A DNA stretch of 64,000 bases, taken from Eledone cirrhosa (taxonomy: Eukaryota). A program made the position numbers and the translations under genes. Every line of letters begins with the position of its first letter. The stretch's first letter is position 1. Positions 42,395 through 56,319 of the stretch are shown here, piece by piece. The stretch spans positions 67,084,001 to 67,148,000 of the forward strand of contig OZ024747.1 in assembly GCA_964016885.1 (NCBI GenBank), given 5' to 3'. The notes below the pieces were generated by a model. That model searched no databases and was not told the DNA's origin. It was given only the letters and a program-made list of their open reading frames with translations.

Positions 42395-42530
42395 AGGGTT
42401 CCTGATGATTTCTCCCGAATGAAACAGTTCTAGTCCTGTAGAAGTAATTTCTATATTAAATATTTATACTCTGCTTTGTATTGAGTACCTTACTTACTGT
42501 GGTTACTCCCGATTGAACCCGGTATAAACT
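42395..42530 (+). mobile_element. PLE-like terminus with a hammerhead-like core (stem I not evident)
   Basis: CTGATGA-T-TTC(TCCC)GAA-T-GAAA-CAGTT, then tail TATTGAGTACCTTACTTACTGTGGTTAC. The same family occurs at 10780-10888 with the core half inverted. Confidence 0.6.
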
Positions 42531-42538
42531 TATGTATT

Positions 42539-42619
<81 letters not shown>

Positions 42620-43245
42620 CTATGAAATTTTAAAGTACATTTTTCTAAACACAATATTGACTTGATTAATTGCTGCAAAAAAAGTGGCAAAAATAAATGA
42701 AACACAAAACTTTCCATTTTTTCTTTTATTTTCTTTTTGTTTTAATGAATAGAATGAACTTTACCCTAAAGCGAAATTATTTCACAACAATATAATTAGA
42801 CTATACCAGCAAGCGATATTTCTTGAACGAAGGACGAAGATTTTTTATTTTAATTTTAGTTCTCTAATTGAGAATAAATAGACCACGTGAGTATACACGA
42901 GGGAACAAATTTGTCTACAGCACGCATGATAACAGTAAAAAATCTCCATTATCTGAACGAAACATGTTTATGACCCTTGGATTCTCGGCGAAATGACATA
43001 TATTTATAATACATAAAAGCAGCGAGGGACATCATAACTGCGAAAATGAAATAATATTTCTATATGTAAAACAGATATGATCTCAATATCTGTAAAAATG
43101 AAAATCTTGCAAGTAATTCCTAAAACGAAAAGGATAAATGTTTGCACAGAGAAAGACAAACATAGCAAGACATAGCATACACGGAGAGACATACATACAT
43201 ACATACATACATACATACATACATACATACATACATACATACACA

Positions 43246-43774
43246 CATGATGGCTGCGAACTCTGCTAAGAGTACTGCAATCGTTTGTCAGATTACAGAG
43301 TTTGGTGGACTTTTAGGCTACGGCCAGTCACACAAGCCTGTAACATATCCTGAACAAGTAATGCCTGTGCTTTTAAGGTTTTTTTAAGTGGTGAAATGCC
43401 CACTCTCTGGGCATCGAAAACACTACCCGAAAAGGAGAACTGGTCAACATTATCGGATGCTTCCGAAGCCGCAGGTTTTTTTTCAGGGTTTCCCTCGCCT
43501 AGAAATGTGTTGTAACAACAACTGGGGACCTTCTACTCCCAAATAAAAAAAAAGTACTATTTGGATGGCCGTTAACTCTGCTGAGTTCCTCCGCCCTTGT
43601 TCCTCCGCCCTGAGTTCCTCCGTCGGGTCTTGTATTTCATCGTGCAGGGTGTTCAAATATCACCCTCCTCACCAAGCAAGTTGGTGGGGTTGCCGGTTTA
43701 GTCGACGACGACCCGACTATGAGACAGGTTGTACAGGGTTACTTGTTACCAGTAGCACTCGAGAGCGACCTGAC
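43246..43774 (-). mobile_element. RTE-derived non-autonomous element, B-like subfamily
   Basis: Head GTCAGGTCGCTCTCGAGTGCTACTGGTAAC; (ATGT)n on both flanks. Confidence 0.75.
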
Positions 43775-44174
43775 ATACATAATACATGCATACACACACA
43801 CACCCACACACACATACACACATACATACATACATACATACATACATACATACATACATACATACATACATACATACATACATACATACACGCATGTATA
43901 GATGCATACATGCATACTTGCATATGTAAATACTTTCATGCATTCATGCATACATACAAATATACACGCCCATAAACATTTATTAAAACCCATAAGATTG
44001 AAAATTCATTGAGTTGTAAAAATCAACGGACCATTGTTAAGTAATTCGCTTAGCAATTAGGGAGCGCTGGGTCTAGCCCCGCTGTGCGACTTTTGTGAGC
44101 TCTACTATAGGCTGTGGTTGACCAATGTCTTGTTAGTGGTATTTGGTTATAGCACTCACACATTTTATTTTATT

Positions 44175-44437
44175 TGAATTTTCATTTTCATTTTTCATTT
44201 TTCATTTTTCATTTTTCATTTTTCATTTTTCATTTTTCATTTTTCATTTTTCATTTTTCATTTTTCATTTTTCATTTTTCATTTTTCATTTTTCATTTTT
44301 CATTTTTCATTTTTCATTTTTCATTTTTCATTTTTCATTTTTCATTTTTCATTTTTCATTTTTCATTTTTCATTTTTCATTTTTCATTTTTCATTTTTCA
44401 TTTTTCATTTTTCATTTTTCATTTTTCATTTTTCATT
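44175..44437. repeat. (TTTTTCA)n 7-mer microsatellite
   Basis: Directly visible, about 37 copies. Confidence 0.95.
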
Positions 44438-45209
44438 TATTTATTTATTTTTATTTTCTATTTTTATTTTCTATTATTTATTTTCTGTTTTCTTCATTTT
44501 ATTGCTTCTATTTCTTCATATGCATGGCACAGCCCTCCCACCACCACCACCACCACCACCACCACCACCACCACGAGAAATGGTGGCAGGATGGATGAAT
44601 AAACACACACGGATACTTCTAAATGTTAGCAGCAAGACCTAGGCTGACCGCAGCACCAACACCACAACCAAAATAAGGGTAGAGGTCAGATGTACTTAAC
44701 AATAGCAAAAACAAACACTACAGGTAGCCTCACCCCAGAAATAATTTCTATAGACTTTTGACTGAGGAACGCTCTCACAACTGACCAATGGGAGGAGTGA
44801 CCTTACAAATCTTTCTAACATTGAGATTGGGTATAACACACACACATTTTATTTGATTATCTTATTTTATTTTGTTCTTTTACCATCATATCCCTTCTAC
44901 CACTTTATCATTTTTTTGAGCTGACTCCAACACCAACACCACTACCAACATAAGAGTAGAGGTCTGATGTACTTAACAATAACAAGAACAACCACTACAG
45001 ATTGCCTCGCCTCAGAACGAAGTTCTATAGACTTTTGACTGAGGAATGGGAGGATAAGGTGTCCTTTGACGCTGAAATTCTTTTGTTTAAATTCATTAGA
45101 TTCCAGTTCCTGTGAAATAACAACCCAACCAGGAACTGGGCATATCAGAGTATTGACAAAGTTAAACACCTCAACAACATATGTACTTGTCTATACCACA
45201 CTAATTCGG

Positions 45210-45264
45210 ACTACCTGAAGAGGTCACAGCCAAAGATGGATGTCACCGAAATATATATAGCAGT
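45210..45264 (+). ncRNA. Type I hammerhead ribozyme, canonical core
   Basis: ACTAC-CTGAAGA-GGT..ACA.CCA(AAGA)TGG.TGT.ACC-GAAA-TATATA-TA-GCAGT, followed by AATAAA; one mismatch in stem I. Confidence 0.75.
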
Positions 45265-45799
45265 AATAAACGAAGCCAAATTTTAAATATTTGACTTATT
45301 TATTTTAGTTTATTTTACATTACTCCGGAGTAACCAAACCAACCTGCGCACTTCGTCGAGTGCTCCAATCTGCATACTGAGTTGTTGGTATACAACCAAC
45401 ATATATTCAATATATATATTATGTAATTGTGTGTGTGTGTGTTTATCTATATCTGTGCTTATGTCTCGTAACCGTAACTTAGCGTTTCAATAAAAAGGTA
45501 TCGACTAAATCATGATGGTTCCTCTACCTGGCCGTTGTCTAATGACTGAAACCAACGCAATATTAAAAGAATGAAATGAAATATAAACAAAATACTAACA
45601 CAATAATCTAATCTGGCCGAGTTTACACTTGCAAATAAGAAGAACCAGGGTCGCCTCTAGGAGCATTGGATTTGGTGTACTTCATATTTGTTTCGGTTGC
45701 TGAATAGAATCAAAGGTTGGTGCTTCTCCTGAAGGTCAATAGTTCTCTTCTAACTCGAGCGGGAGCGCCTTTCCATTGTCAATTTGCATTGATCATCTG

Positions 45800-46025
45800 C
45801 AAAGCCACATCGTTCTCAGAAGCACTACACCAGTCTTTCGATGCGTGCAGCTGGAACTACTGCCACCCATTGATTTGGCAGGATCGCAACTCATTTCTAC
45901 AGCTGAGTAATCTGGAGCAACGTGAAATAAAGTGTCTTTCTCAAGGACACAACACACCACCCGGTCCGAGAATTGAACACACAACCTTTCAATTGCAAGC
46001 CCAATGCTTTAACCACTAAGCCATT
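45800..46025 (-). mobile_element. CORE-type tRNA SINE
   Basis: Homologous to 41430-41622. Confidence 0.8.
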
Positions 46026-46324
46026 CGCCAAAACCACCCCCAAAACAAACCATTAACTGGCATTTATAGTCTAGCAGGCATTATTATCCTCAATTATCAT
46101 TATTCTTTAACTTAAAGCTCTTTTACTAAAAACGCAACGCTTCTCTTCAGCTGAACACAAGACAGCCTGCATCTATAATGCGACTTTTTGGTGCAATTAG
46201 TTTATTAAAATATTAATTAATTGAACTCATATATAATTTTATTTCTGCTATATTTTATTATTAGATTTTTGATTATTTTGTTTTAGTTATGAGGTGTTTG
46301 TCATTTAATGTTTTTCTATCATTA

Positions 46325-46386
<62 letters not shown>

Positions 46387-46946
46387 ATCATTATTATTAT
46401 TGCTCTTCTTCTTCTTCTTCTTCTTCTTCTTCTTCTTCTTCTTCTTCTTCTTCTTCTTCTTCTTCTTCTTCTTCTTCTTCTTCTTCTTCTTCTTCTTCTG
46501 CTTCTTCTATTATTATTAGTAGTATTATCATCATCATTATGATCATCATAATCATCATCATCATTATGATGATGATGATCATCATCATCATTATCATCAT
46601 CATTATCAACATCATTATCATTATTTTCTGTCGTCCTTCTATGAGATGAGTTAATCAAGTGTCATGCAAAAACGACTGGTTTGAAATAAAGAAAGAAAAA
46701 TATTTATTAGATTAAGTTGATGAATGACAGTTAATTAATATTTTTAAAAATTATGATTGATAAAAACCCACTTTCGTATTAATTGGCAGTTTTATATACA
46801 CGCACATGGACGCAAATACATATGCAGACTGCATACTTAAATATAAAAATATAGACACGTGTATATACATGTATATGCACCCTGGATATATTTATGTACA
46901 TGTTGATAAGTTTAGATTACGTATGTCTGTCTATGTATGCATGTAC

Positions 46947-47099
<153 letters not shown>

Positions 47100-47196
47100 G
47101 AGGTTGGTAATGGCACATGGAATATATAAGAGACAGAATACTTTTTTGTGAAAAAACATATAATTTTATAAGGTAAGGAAAGAATAAAGGGTATAA

Positions 47197-47244
47197 AAAA
47201 TGACCGGTTTCGATGGGTCTGCAAAAGCCATCTTTTCAAATGTT
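47197..47244 (-). ncRNA. Hammerhead ribozyme, U3-A8 core variant
   Basis: AT-TTGAAAA-GATGG(CTTTTGCAGAC)CCATC-GAAA-CCGG-TC-AT; stem I is weak. Confidence 0.5.
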
Positions 47245-47594
47245 GATTAATATTAACAAAAATTAATAATAAGAAGAGTTAAAATTTGAGATTTGAAAAT
47301 TCAAGTATAAAATTCAGTGTGGGATTTCATAGTAGTTTTCATCTTGGTAGCAGCAAGCTGACTGCTGTGTGTCGCCTTCTGGCAGTGAATGAGGAATTAT
47401 TTGTGGGGAGTGGTTCTTTTCAAGGTCATATTTAGCAATGGCCACATGGCCAGCTGCTGGTCAGTGAGGGGGTGGAAGCAATATACATACATACATCTCC
47501 ATGTGGTCGGTAGGAGAGGGGAGAGTGATAGAAAGGGATTTAGTGCATTTACACCCATATATACACATACCCTCATCCACACACATACATATAC

Positions 47595-47637
<43 letters not shown>

Positions 47638-47792
47638 TACATACACACACACATACATATACATACACACATACACACACACACATATATACACATACAC
47701 ACACATATATATACACACACACACATATATATACATACACATACATCCAGATACACACATACATACACACACACACAGACACATACATACAC

Positions 47793-47823
<31 letters not shown>

Positions 47824-48428
47824 TACATACACACACATATATACATACACACATACAAACACACACACACATATATACACATACACACACATATATACAC
47901 ACACACACACACATATATGTATACATACACATACATCCAGATACACACATACATACACACACACACACATACATACACATACATACATCCACATGCACAC
48001 ACATACACACACACACACACACACACATACACATACATACACCCACACACATAGAGAAATGGCCTCCAAATATATATATATACATACATACACATATATT
48101 TTTTCCATAATATAAGAAGTTAGAACAGTGAAATTAAAATACAAGTCATTCTGATCACATTGAGTTCTTCATGTAGATTGGGCCCCGCAACCGACAGTGG
48201 TGAATTCTGTGTGCGCATATATATATATATATAGATATATGTGTGTGCACGTGCAGGGTTTAACATGGATGTGTTGGTCACACAAAGGCATGGTCTGTCA
48301 AAGAATAAACCTGATTCTACAGAATTGGTCTCTGGTCTTTAATAGTAGTGATAATTATATACATGCACACATACAAACACACATATCTGTCACTCCGTGC
48401 GTATGTGTGTTTATATTTTATGACAATT

Positions 48429-50735
48429 CTATTGGGGTGATAACCCGTTTAGTTTTGGTTTAAATTTGTTAAGGAATAAATTTTCTTTCTTTATTCTTTG
48501 TTGCTGTGTGAACGAATCTGAGCACTTGTAGAAGGGGAAGATTTTAAAGTTGGGTAGTGTCATTCCTGCGCAGTTCGCAATATGGCTGCTCAAGGGGATT
48601 TTCCTTGTGTTAGCGTCCCGGATTTGTTGGCGGTGGATGGTCATTCTTTTGCGTAATGAGGGGCCCGTCTGTCTTATGTAGTTGTGTTTGCACCCACCGC
48701 AAGTTATTGCGTAAATCAAGTTCTCCGAGTTGCAGGTGAAATTGTTTTTTACTGTAAATGTTTGGCCATCTTTAAATGTAAATTTTTGTCCTTCAGTGAG
48801 GTAGAGGCACGTTCCACAGTTTGTTCTACCACATTTGGTAACTAGGGTTGAGGATTGGTTTGGGTATATTTGGTCCAGTGAGAATGCGTTTTAATGATTT
48901 GGGTTGTCTTTTACTTTTAAGGATCTTGTGTGTTTCAAGAATAGACTTCATTTTTACATCTTTAAGTAGGATGGGGAGGTTTTTGTGTAGGTGATCAAAC
49001 ATTTCGGTATTTCTGGGGTTGAAAGTGGATACATATGGCAGGGTATTGAGTGTGGTTTTCTGTTTTGGATTGTTAAGTTGATGGGGATTTAGGTGTTTTG
49101 CCCTGTCTATTCCATTGTTGATTATTTCAAGTGGAAAGGCTCTTAAGATAATGGTGTCTTTTAGTTCCTTTAGTCTTTGCTCCCGTTTAGGTGGATCTGA
49201 TACTATGGTACAAATTGTAAGGAATGTTAAGTTTTGTATGTTTTGGGTGACTTGATGTGAAAAAGAGGTATTGCTTGGAATCTGTGGGTTTATAGAATAT
49301 ATCTGTATCTAATTTCCCGTCTATTACAGAGATGAGAATATCCAAGAAGGCTAATTCCTTGGGGTTGGATTCCATTGTGAATTGTATGTTATTATCTATG
49401 TTGTTTATCATGTTTTAAACATAGTAAGTGAGTTCATGTCGTCTTGCCATAGGATAAAGCAGTCGTCTAGATATCTTTTCCAATTGGCTTTGAGGTGAGT
49501 GTGGAAAGAGTCTCCAAATAAGAGAAGGGACTGACTGTATATTTGTTGTTCATGGAATCCCATGACTAGGTTGGCATATGTGGGTGCTACTTTCGTGCCC
49601 ATTGCAGTACCTGATACTTGTCTGTATGTTGAAACCATTGAATGTGAAGTAGTTATTTTGTTAGGATAAAGCGGAGTCCGTCAGTGATAAAATCTTTGTT
49701 GATGCGTGTCGGTATTTCTGATGGGTGTGTGTTAAGACAGTATTGGACTGCTGTTATTCCATAGTTGTGGGGTATGTTTGTGTAGGGGTTTATTACGTCA
49801 AGGGAGACAAGAATTGTATTTGCACTTACTGTTTTAGGGAGGTGTTTTAGCATGTCAAGGTCATCTCGTATGTAGCTCTGTATATGTTGTAGAAAGGGTT
49901 TCAGTAGGATGTCCAGAAAGTTGCTAAGTCTGTGGGTTTCACATGTAGGGCCTGCTATAATTGGCCTGGGTTTTAGGTCTTCTGGTGGTGTTAGTTCAAT
50001 GTAATTGTTGGTTGAGGTGTCACATGCATCGTTTATGGGTTTACATTTGTGGAGTTTCGGTAAGCCGTAAAAAGAGCTTGTATTGCATTTGAAGTGGCTT
50101 ATATAGTTAAACTCTTTTGTGGTTAAGCTGTTGCGGTATTTATTCAGTAAGGTCAAAAGGTTCCCCATTGTTTTGGTGTGTTTGTAGTTTTCTGTTTTTT
50201 CATAGTATGTGTTGTTTTCTAAAATGTTAAGTGCGAGGGTCCTATAGTAATTCGTATTCATAATGACAACAGTACTGCCTTTATCGGCTTCTTTGGTGGT
50301 TATCTCAGGGTTGTTTCTAAGTGTGAATAATTCTTCCCATTCGTGTGTAGATAGGTTTGATTTCGTGTGTTTATTTGTAATTTTTTCATAGGGAAAGTTG
50401 GTGATGTGTTCACAGTACGTGTCCAGTGCTTTATTTCTTCCCTTTTGTGGGCAGAAATTGCTTTTATTTCTAACCAGTGATTCGTCTTCAGTGTTGGTGT
50501 CGTTGTGGAAGAATTCCGTTAGTCGCAGCTTTCGGCAGAATTCTATGATGTCATCCTTCATTTCGGGGAAGTTTGGTTTACGTGGTGTAGGTGTAAATTT
50601 CAGGCCCTTACTTAAAATGTTGATTTGTGTGTTGGTTAGAGGTGTCTTTGAGAGGTTAATTATTTTTGGTTTCTCCTGAGGGGGGGGGGGGGGGGGGCAT
50701 CGAGTATCCTGGTATTTAAGGCTTTTCCCTAAAAA
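48429..50735 (-). pseudogene. Near-full-length PLE (Neptune-type) RT/GIY-YIG ORF with several frameshifts
   Basis: IINLSKTPLT..ILSKGLKFTPTP, KEADKGSTVVIM, FYGLPKLHK, PRPIIAG, SLDVINPYTNIP, GTAMGTKVAPTYAN, WKRYLDDCF, FLDI, SSHP, KCGRTNCGTC, NLIYAITCGGCKHNYIRQT, FKPKLN. Confidence 0.95.
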
Positions 50736-50894
50736 AGGAATGTAGTTTTGTGTGTGATTATATTTTGTTGGTCTGTTGCGTGTGGGACCAACAAAATATA
50801 ATCACAAAACAATGGGGAACCTTTTGACCTTACTGAATAAATACCGCAACAGCTTAACCACAAAAGAGTTTAACTATATAAGCCACTTCAAATG

Positions 50895-50928
<34 letters not shown>

Positions 50929-50946
50929 ACATACACACGCACAGAC

Positions 50947-51069
<123 letters not shown>

Positions 51070-51179
51070 AAACATTAACATTGTAATTTTAAAAAAATCA
51101 CAATTTCTCAATCAATATATAAATTATGTGTGCGTGTGTGTTTGTGTATGTGTGTGTATATATATATATAAATATATAT

Positions 51180-51212
<33 letters not shown>

Positions 51213-51714
51213 AAAGAGAGAGAGTGAGGGAGTGGGAGAGAGAGAAAGAGAGAGAGTGAGAGCGAGAGAAAGAGAAATTAAGAAAGACTCAAAGTGATAC
51301 TACATATATAGATTTCTGTGTATACATATATGTAAACAAACAGCAGCCATTCCCATTGCAATTAAAAAATAACTATTTCTAAATTCAATATTTGATAAAA
51401 AGATATAATATACAACAACAAAAACAACACAAACAACAACAACAACAATACGACAAAGACAGCGAAAGAAACAATAAATAAACAAGAAAGCGTTTAATTG
51501 AGATGTAAAATAATATTAAAGTAAAACGAAGAGTAATCTGACGGATTGATTAATAAGGAACACCTTGATGGCTAAACATACAATATAATATAATAGAATG
51601 CACAACGGAGACTATCATGTGAACGGTATGTTGAAACTAATTCAGAAGTATGATGTTGAACTATATATTGGAGACATCTTGTCTCCATTTATAACAGACA
51701 AGATATTGACATCA

Positions 51715-52170
51715 GCAACACCACCACCGACACCACCACCATCATCATCATCATCATCACTATTACCATCGCCATCACCAATACCATTAGCGTCACCAAT
51801 ACCATCACCATCACCATCACCATCACCATCACCATTACCATCACCATTACCACCACTATCACCATTACCATCACCATTACCACCACTATCACCATTACCA
51901 TCACCATTACCACCACTATCACCATCACCGTTACCATTACCATCACCATCACCATCACCGCCCATCACCATCACCACACCATAACCATTACCATCACCAC
52001 CCCCATCGCCATTACCATTACCATCATCATCACCATTACCATCATCATTACCATCATCATCACCATCACCATCACCATTAACATCACCATCACCAACAAC
52101 ACCATCACCATTACCATTACCATCACCGTCACCAACAACACCATCATCACCACCATCGCCACCACCACAC
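51715..52170. repeat. Compound (CCA/TCA/TTA)n trinucleotide repeat
   Basis: Directly visible. Confidence 0.9.
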
Positions 52171-52560
52171 ACACATACACACACATACACTCACATGTGT
52201 GTATCTTTTTATATATACACTCTCACACTCCCTAAAATCATATCCCCAAAATAGAATTTCTTTTACAACCCTACTGTTGCCAATCCCATAGAATCTGTCT
52301 CTAGCTTACAATCCCCCCCCCCTCTCCACTCCCATCTGAACTCTTGACCAGTCCACTAACACAATTGACATTTTCTATGTTGAAGGAATACAGCTACCAA
52401 CACTGCTGCTGCTACTACCACCTCTCTCTCTATACACAAGAGTTCATTTTACAGTCTCCTTCTCTACAAGGAAGATGCAAAAATTTACCTCAACACTTGA
52501 TTTTAAATCTTTAACTTTTAGTTTTTACCTTATTAATTCTTTTTAACTGTAATACTCAAC

Positions 52561-52602
52561 ATTTGATAAGATGAATTTTACTAACACATCAAAACCGGTA
52601 AT
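52561..52602 (+). ncRNA. Decayed U3-A8 hammerhead (G12 to A)
   Basis: AT-TTGATAA-GATG(...)CATC-AAAA-CCGG-TA-AT; preceded by TCAAC like the 47197 copy. Confidence 0.4.
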
Positions 52603-52998
52603 ACTTCATATACTTTATATACATTATAAAACTCTTTTTTAAAAGAATTGTCCCTCTCATTTTTTCAATAATGTCACTTTGGCGAATCAAAGAAAAGGAA
52701 AAAAAAAAGAAAAACAGATCCTTAAATATATTTTCAATGCTATTTCCAATCTCACCTTTTCTCTATAACCACTGTTTTGTATAGAACCTTACTTCCCTTT
52801 TCATATATATATATAGTAATAAGATAATAAGAATATTTATATTTATATATGTTTGATATAACTATAAATATGTAGGGTAGTACTAAGTATTAGACGGTTA
52901 CCGGTATGACAAAAGGCTCAATGCAAATGTTCAACTGTTTTACAGAGCCGAGACACAAAGTGTTAAAACGATCAAATTTTAGTTTAGAACATTTATTA

Positions 52999-53043
52999 GC
53001 TGACAATTGTTTCTTCCAGAGGGAAGTCTGGAATCATCGGAGC
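52999..53043 (-). ncRNA. Hammerhead ribozyme, C4 variant (CCGATGA), in a pLTR-like segment (about 52870-53510)
   Basis: GCT-CCGATGA-TTCCAGA(CTTCCC)TCTGGAA-GAAA-CAATTG-TC-AGC, followed by TAATAAA. Confidence 0.75.
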
Positions 53044-53575
53044 ATAAGGAATGTCGAAGACATGTAACAAGAATCCTAGTCATTTAGAACATTTAGGGTA
53101 CATAATTGTTATTAGTGTCAAAGGCATGGTGTGGAGAGTCAAGAGTTAAAAAGATGTTCCGCTTGAAATAACACAATTACAGGCAGCACTGGTTGGAAGT
53201 GTAATAGGTATAAGTGAAAGTAAAAAGCACAAGCAAAAAAAAAATAACACAGGCAAAGAAGTTATAAGCAAGGACAATTGGTTTACAATGCAGGAGTCAA
53301 TACAGTCAATAAGGCATGTATGAGGAAAGAGTTATAATGCAGTTGAAATAAACATATTTTGTGTGGGGTGTTAAAGCAAGTTATAATTGTTATAAATGTT
53401 TAAGATAGTGTGCAATTTGTTAGAGAGGCATGTGGTGATAATGTAGGTATTTTTTATGTAAGGTGTAATGTAAAGCACGTGGTAGAGTTGGGTATGTGAT
53501 TTTCATTTAAGTGTTTTTCTGTTGTAGAAAAACAGAAAAACACTTAAAAGAAAAACACTTAAATGAAAAACACTT

Positions 53576-53837
<262 letters not shown>

Positions 53838-53867
53838 TGTGTATATATATATATGTATATATATATG

Positions 53868-53898
<31 letters not shown>

Positions 53899-53961
53899 GT
53901 ATATATATATGTATATATATATGTATGTATATATATATACATATAATATGTACGTATATAT

Positions 53962-53994
<33 letters not shown>

Positions 53995-54196
53995 ATATGT
54001 ATGTATAAATATATATATATAAATATAAGGAATTTATATCTAGTAACATTTATATACACACAGATGCATATCAATGCTAGCAAATATATAGGTTTTGTCT
54101 TATTAACATTGTGGTTCAATGCATGGGGTTGCAGAACAATAATATGAGAGACGTAAAATAAGAAAATTATAAAATTAACTTACTTACTAAAAAATC

Positions 54197-54277
54197 ACTT
54201 CCAACTAATTAGTTTCTGGAATGGAGTAAATATATTTTCCGAAGAAACATTGAAAATCATTCTGTCATCAGGAAAGT
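54197..54277 (-). ncRNA. Hammerhead ribozyme (inverted copy)
   Basis: Reverse complement of 54713-54793 with two substitutions in stem II. Confidence 0.78.
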
Positions 54278-54712
54278 CTTTTTCCGTGTAAGTCTCCAGG
54301 CATAGCGAGGACTCTGGAAACTTATTAAAAAAATAATTCAGTGGAATGGAAATAGCGAAGCGTGGACTAGATTCCAAGCCATTGAGAAAATCACTGCCTC
54401 TACGTCTGTGGCAAATTCAAAAAGAATCAATCACGTGACATCGAGGTCAATCAGTGAAAAGCGAGTGGTTAATAAGACAGCGGCCAGCCTACTACCATAG
54501 TAGCAGTCATGGCCAAATATTGCTCGACAAATGAATTGGAGATAATTATAAGGAATTTATTGATTCTTTTTGAATTTGCCACAGACGTAGAGGCAGTGAT
54601 TTTCTCAATGGCTTGGAATCCAGTCCACGCTTCGCTATTTCCATTCCACTGAATTATTTTTTTAATAAGTTTCCAGAGTCCTCGCTATGCCTGGGGACTT
54701 ACACGGAAAAAG

Positions 54713-54793
54713 ACTTTCCTGATGACGGAATGATTTTCTATGTTTCTTCGGAAAATATATTTACTCCATTCCAGAAACTAATTAGTTGGAAGT
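54713..54793 (+). ncRNA. Type I hammerhead ribozyme with extended stem II
   Basis: ACTTTC-CTGATGA-C-GGAATG..ATTTTC(..)GAAAAT..CATTCC-A-GAAA-CTAATTAG-TT-GGAAGT. Confidence 0.82.
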
Positions 54794-54844
54794 GATTTTT
54801 TAGTAAGTAAGTTAATTTTATAATTTTCTTATTTTACGTCTCTC

Positions 54845-54875
<31 letters not shown>

Positions 54876-54885
54876 ATATGTATCT

Positions 54886-54916
<31 letters not shown>

Positions 54917-54926
54917 ATATGTATGT

Positions 54927-54959
<33 letters not shown>

Positions 54960-55101
54960 ATATGCATGTATATATATATATATAAATATATATATATAAA
55001 ATGTATGCATATATATATATATATAAATATATATATATAATATGTATGTATATAATATGTATGTATATATATATAAATATATGTATATAATATGTATGTA
55101 T

Positions 55102-55136
<35 letters not shown>

Positions 55137-55171
55137 ATATATATGTATATATATATATATAATATGTATGT

Positions 55172-55202
<31 letters not shown>

Positions 55203-55214
55203 ATATCTATGTAT

Positions 55215-55245
<31 letters not shown>

Positions 55246-55410
55246 ATATATATGTATATATATATATATAAATATATATATATATAATATGTATGTATAT
55301 ATATCAAACATCACGAGCGGTCTATTCAAAATTATTTTTGAAAAGCATTAGAAATGCGCAACCGAGTGCTCACCCGGGTGAACCTGCAGTAACTCCAAGT
55401 TACACCCCCT

Positions 55411-55487
<77 letters not shown>

Positions 55488-55779
55488 CATATATTTATGT
55501 GTGAGCACGCTAGTGTGTGTGAATTTGTATATATATATATATATATATATATAACTTGATTTGAGGTTTAACCAATACACACAAAATATATATCGATAAT
55601 GTTTCTCAGTAAAAAGCTCAATAAACTTCTGTTCAGAGCATCTATAATATAATATATTTGTAAACGATGTTTATGTGGATATATCACTGTTTCTCATGTA
55701 ATTTATTCCTGTAACGTATAATGTCACCCGGTGACGTCGCATACATCTTATGTCACTTAGTGCAATACGATTTATCACT

Positions 55780-55900
55780 TTCACAACACTTTCCGATGCA
55801 GTAACATCCTGGTTGCTATGACAACACTTTCGTATGTGGCAACGTCGTTGTTGCTATAAGAACAATTTCGTATGTAGTAACACCGTTGTTGCTATGACAT
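55780..55900. repeat. 38-bp tandem repeat (about 3 copies) containing GTTGCTATGACAAC
   Basis: GTTGCTAT at 55812, 55850 and 55888. Confidence 0.75.
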
Positions 55901-55937
55901 GGCTTCCCAAATATCATCACATGTTACCCCGTATTAG

Positions 55938-56319
55938 AATTGGCAGTATCGGTAGAGCGTCAGATACCATGCTCTGTAGCATAGAGTTATGGCCCTTTAT
56001 GGTCTGAGTTCAAATCTCGCCGAGGTTAACTTTGCCTTTCATCCTTACGGGATCGATAAAATAAAGTACCAGTAATACACTGGAGTAGTTGTTGGCCCTG
56101 TGCCAAAAGTAGAAACAATTATTACCTCTGCTGGAATTGGCAGTATCGGTAGAGCGACAGACACCATGCTTTGCAACATTGAGTTATCGCCCTTTACGTT
56201 CTGTGTTCAAACCCCACCGAGGTTAACTTTGCCTTTCTTCCTTACGTGGTAGATAAAATAAAGCACCAGTAATACACTGGGGTAATTTCTGGCCTTGTGC
56301 CAAAAGTAGAAACAATTAT
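55938..56319 (+). mobile_element. Two head-to-tail Deu/Nin-like SINEs (55938-56121, 56136-56319)
   Basis: Family match. Confidence 0.88.

Larger units (their letters stand above)
54142..54848. mobile_element. Fold-back PLE pLTR pair: ~290-bp inverted arms (54142-54431 / 54559-54848), 127-bp spacer, no ORF
   Basis: The arms are near-identical (the ORF track gives near-identical 60-aa translations on opposite strands), and each carries a hammerhead. Confidence 0.9.

Noticed and set aside
54195-54795. Duplicated 60-aa ORF MESSPRFAIS...
   Set aside because: A by-product of the inverted repeat; non-ATG start and it overlaps the ribozyme.
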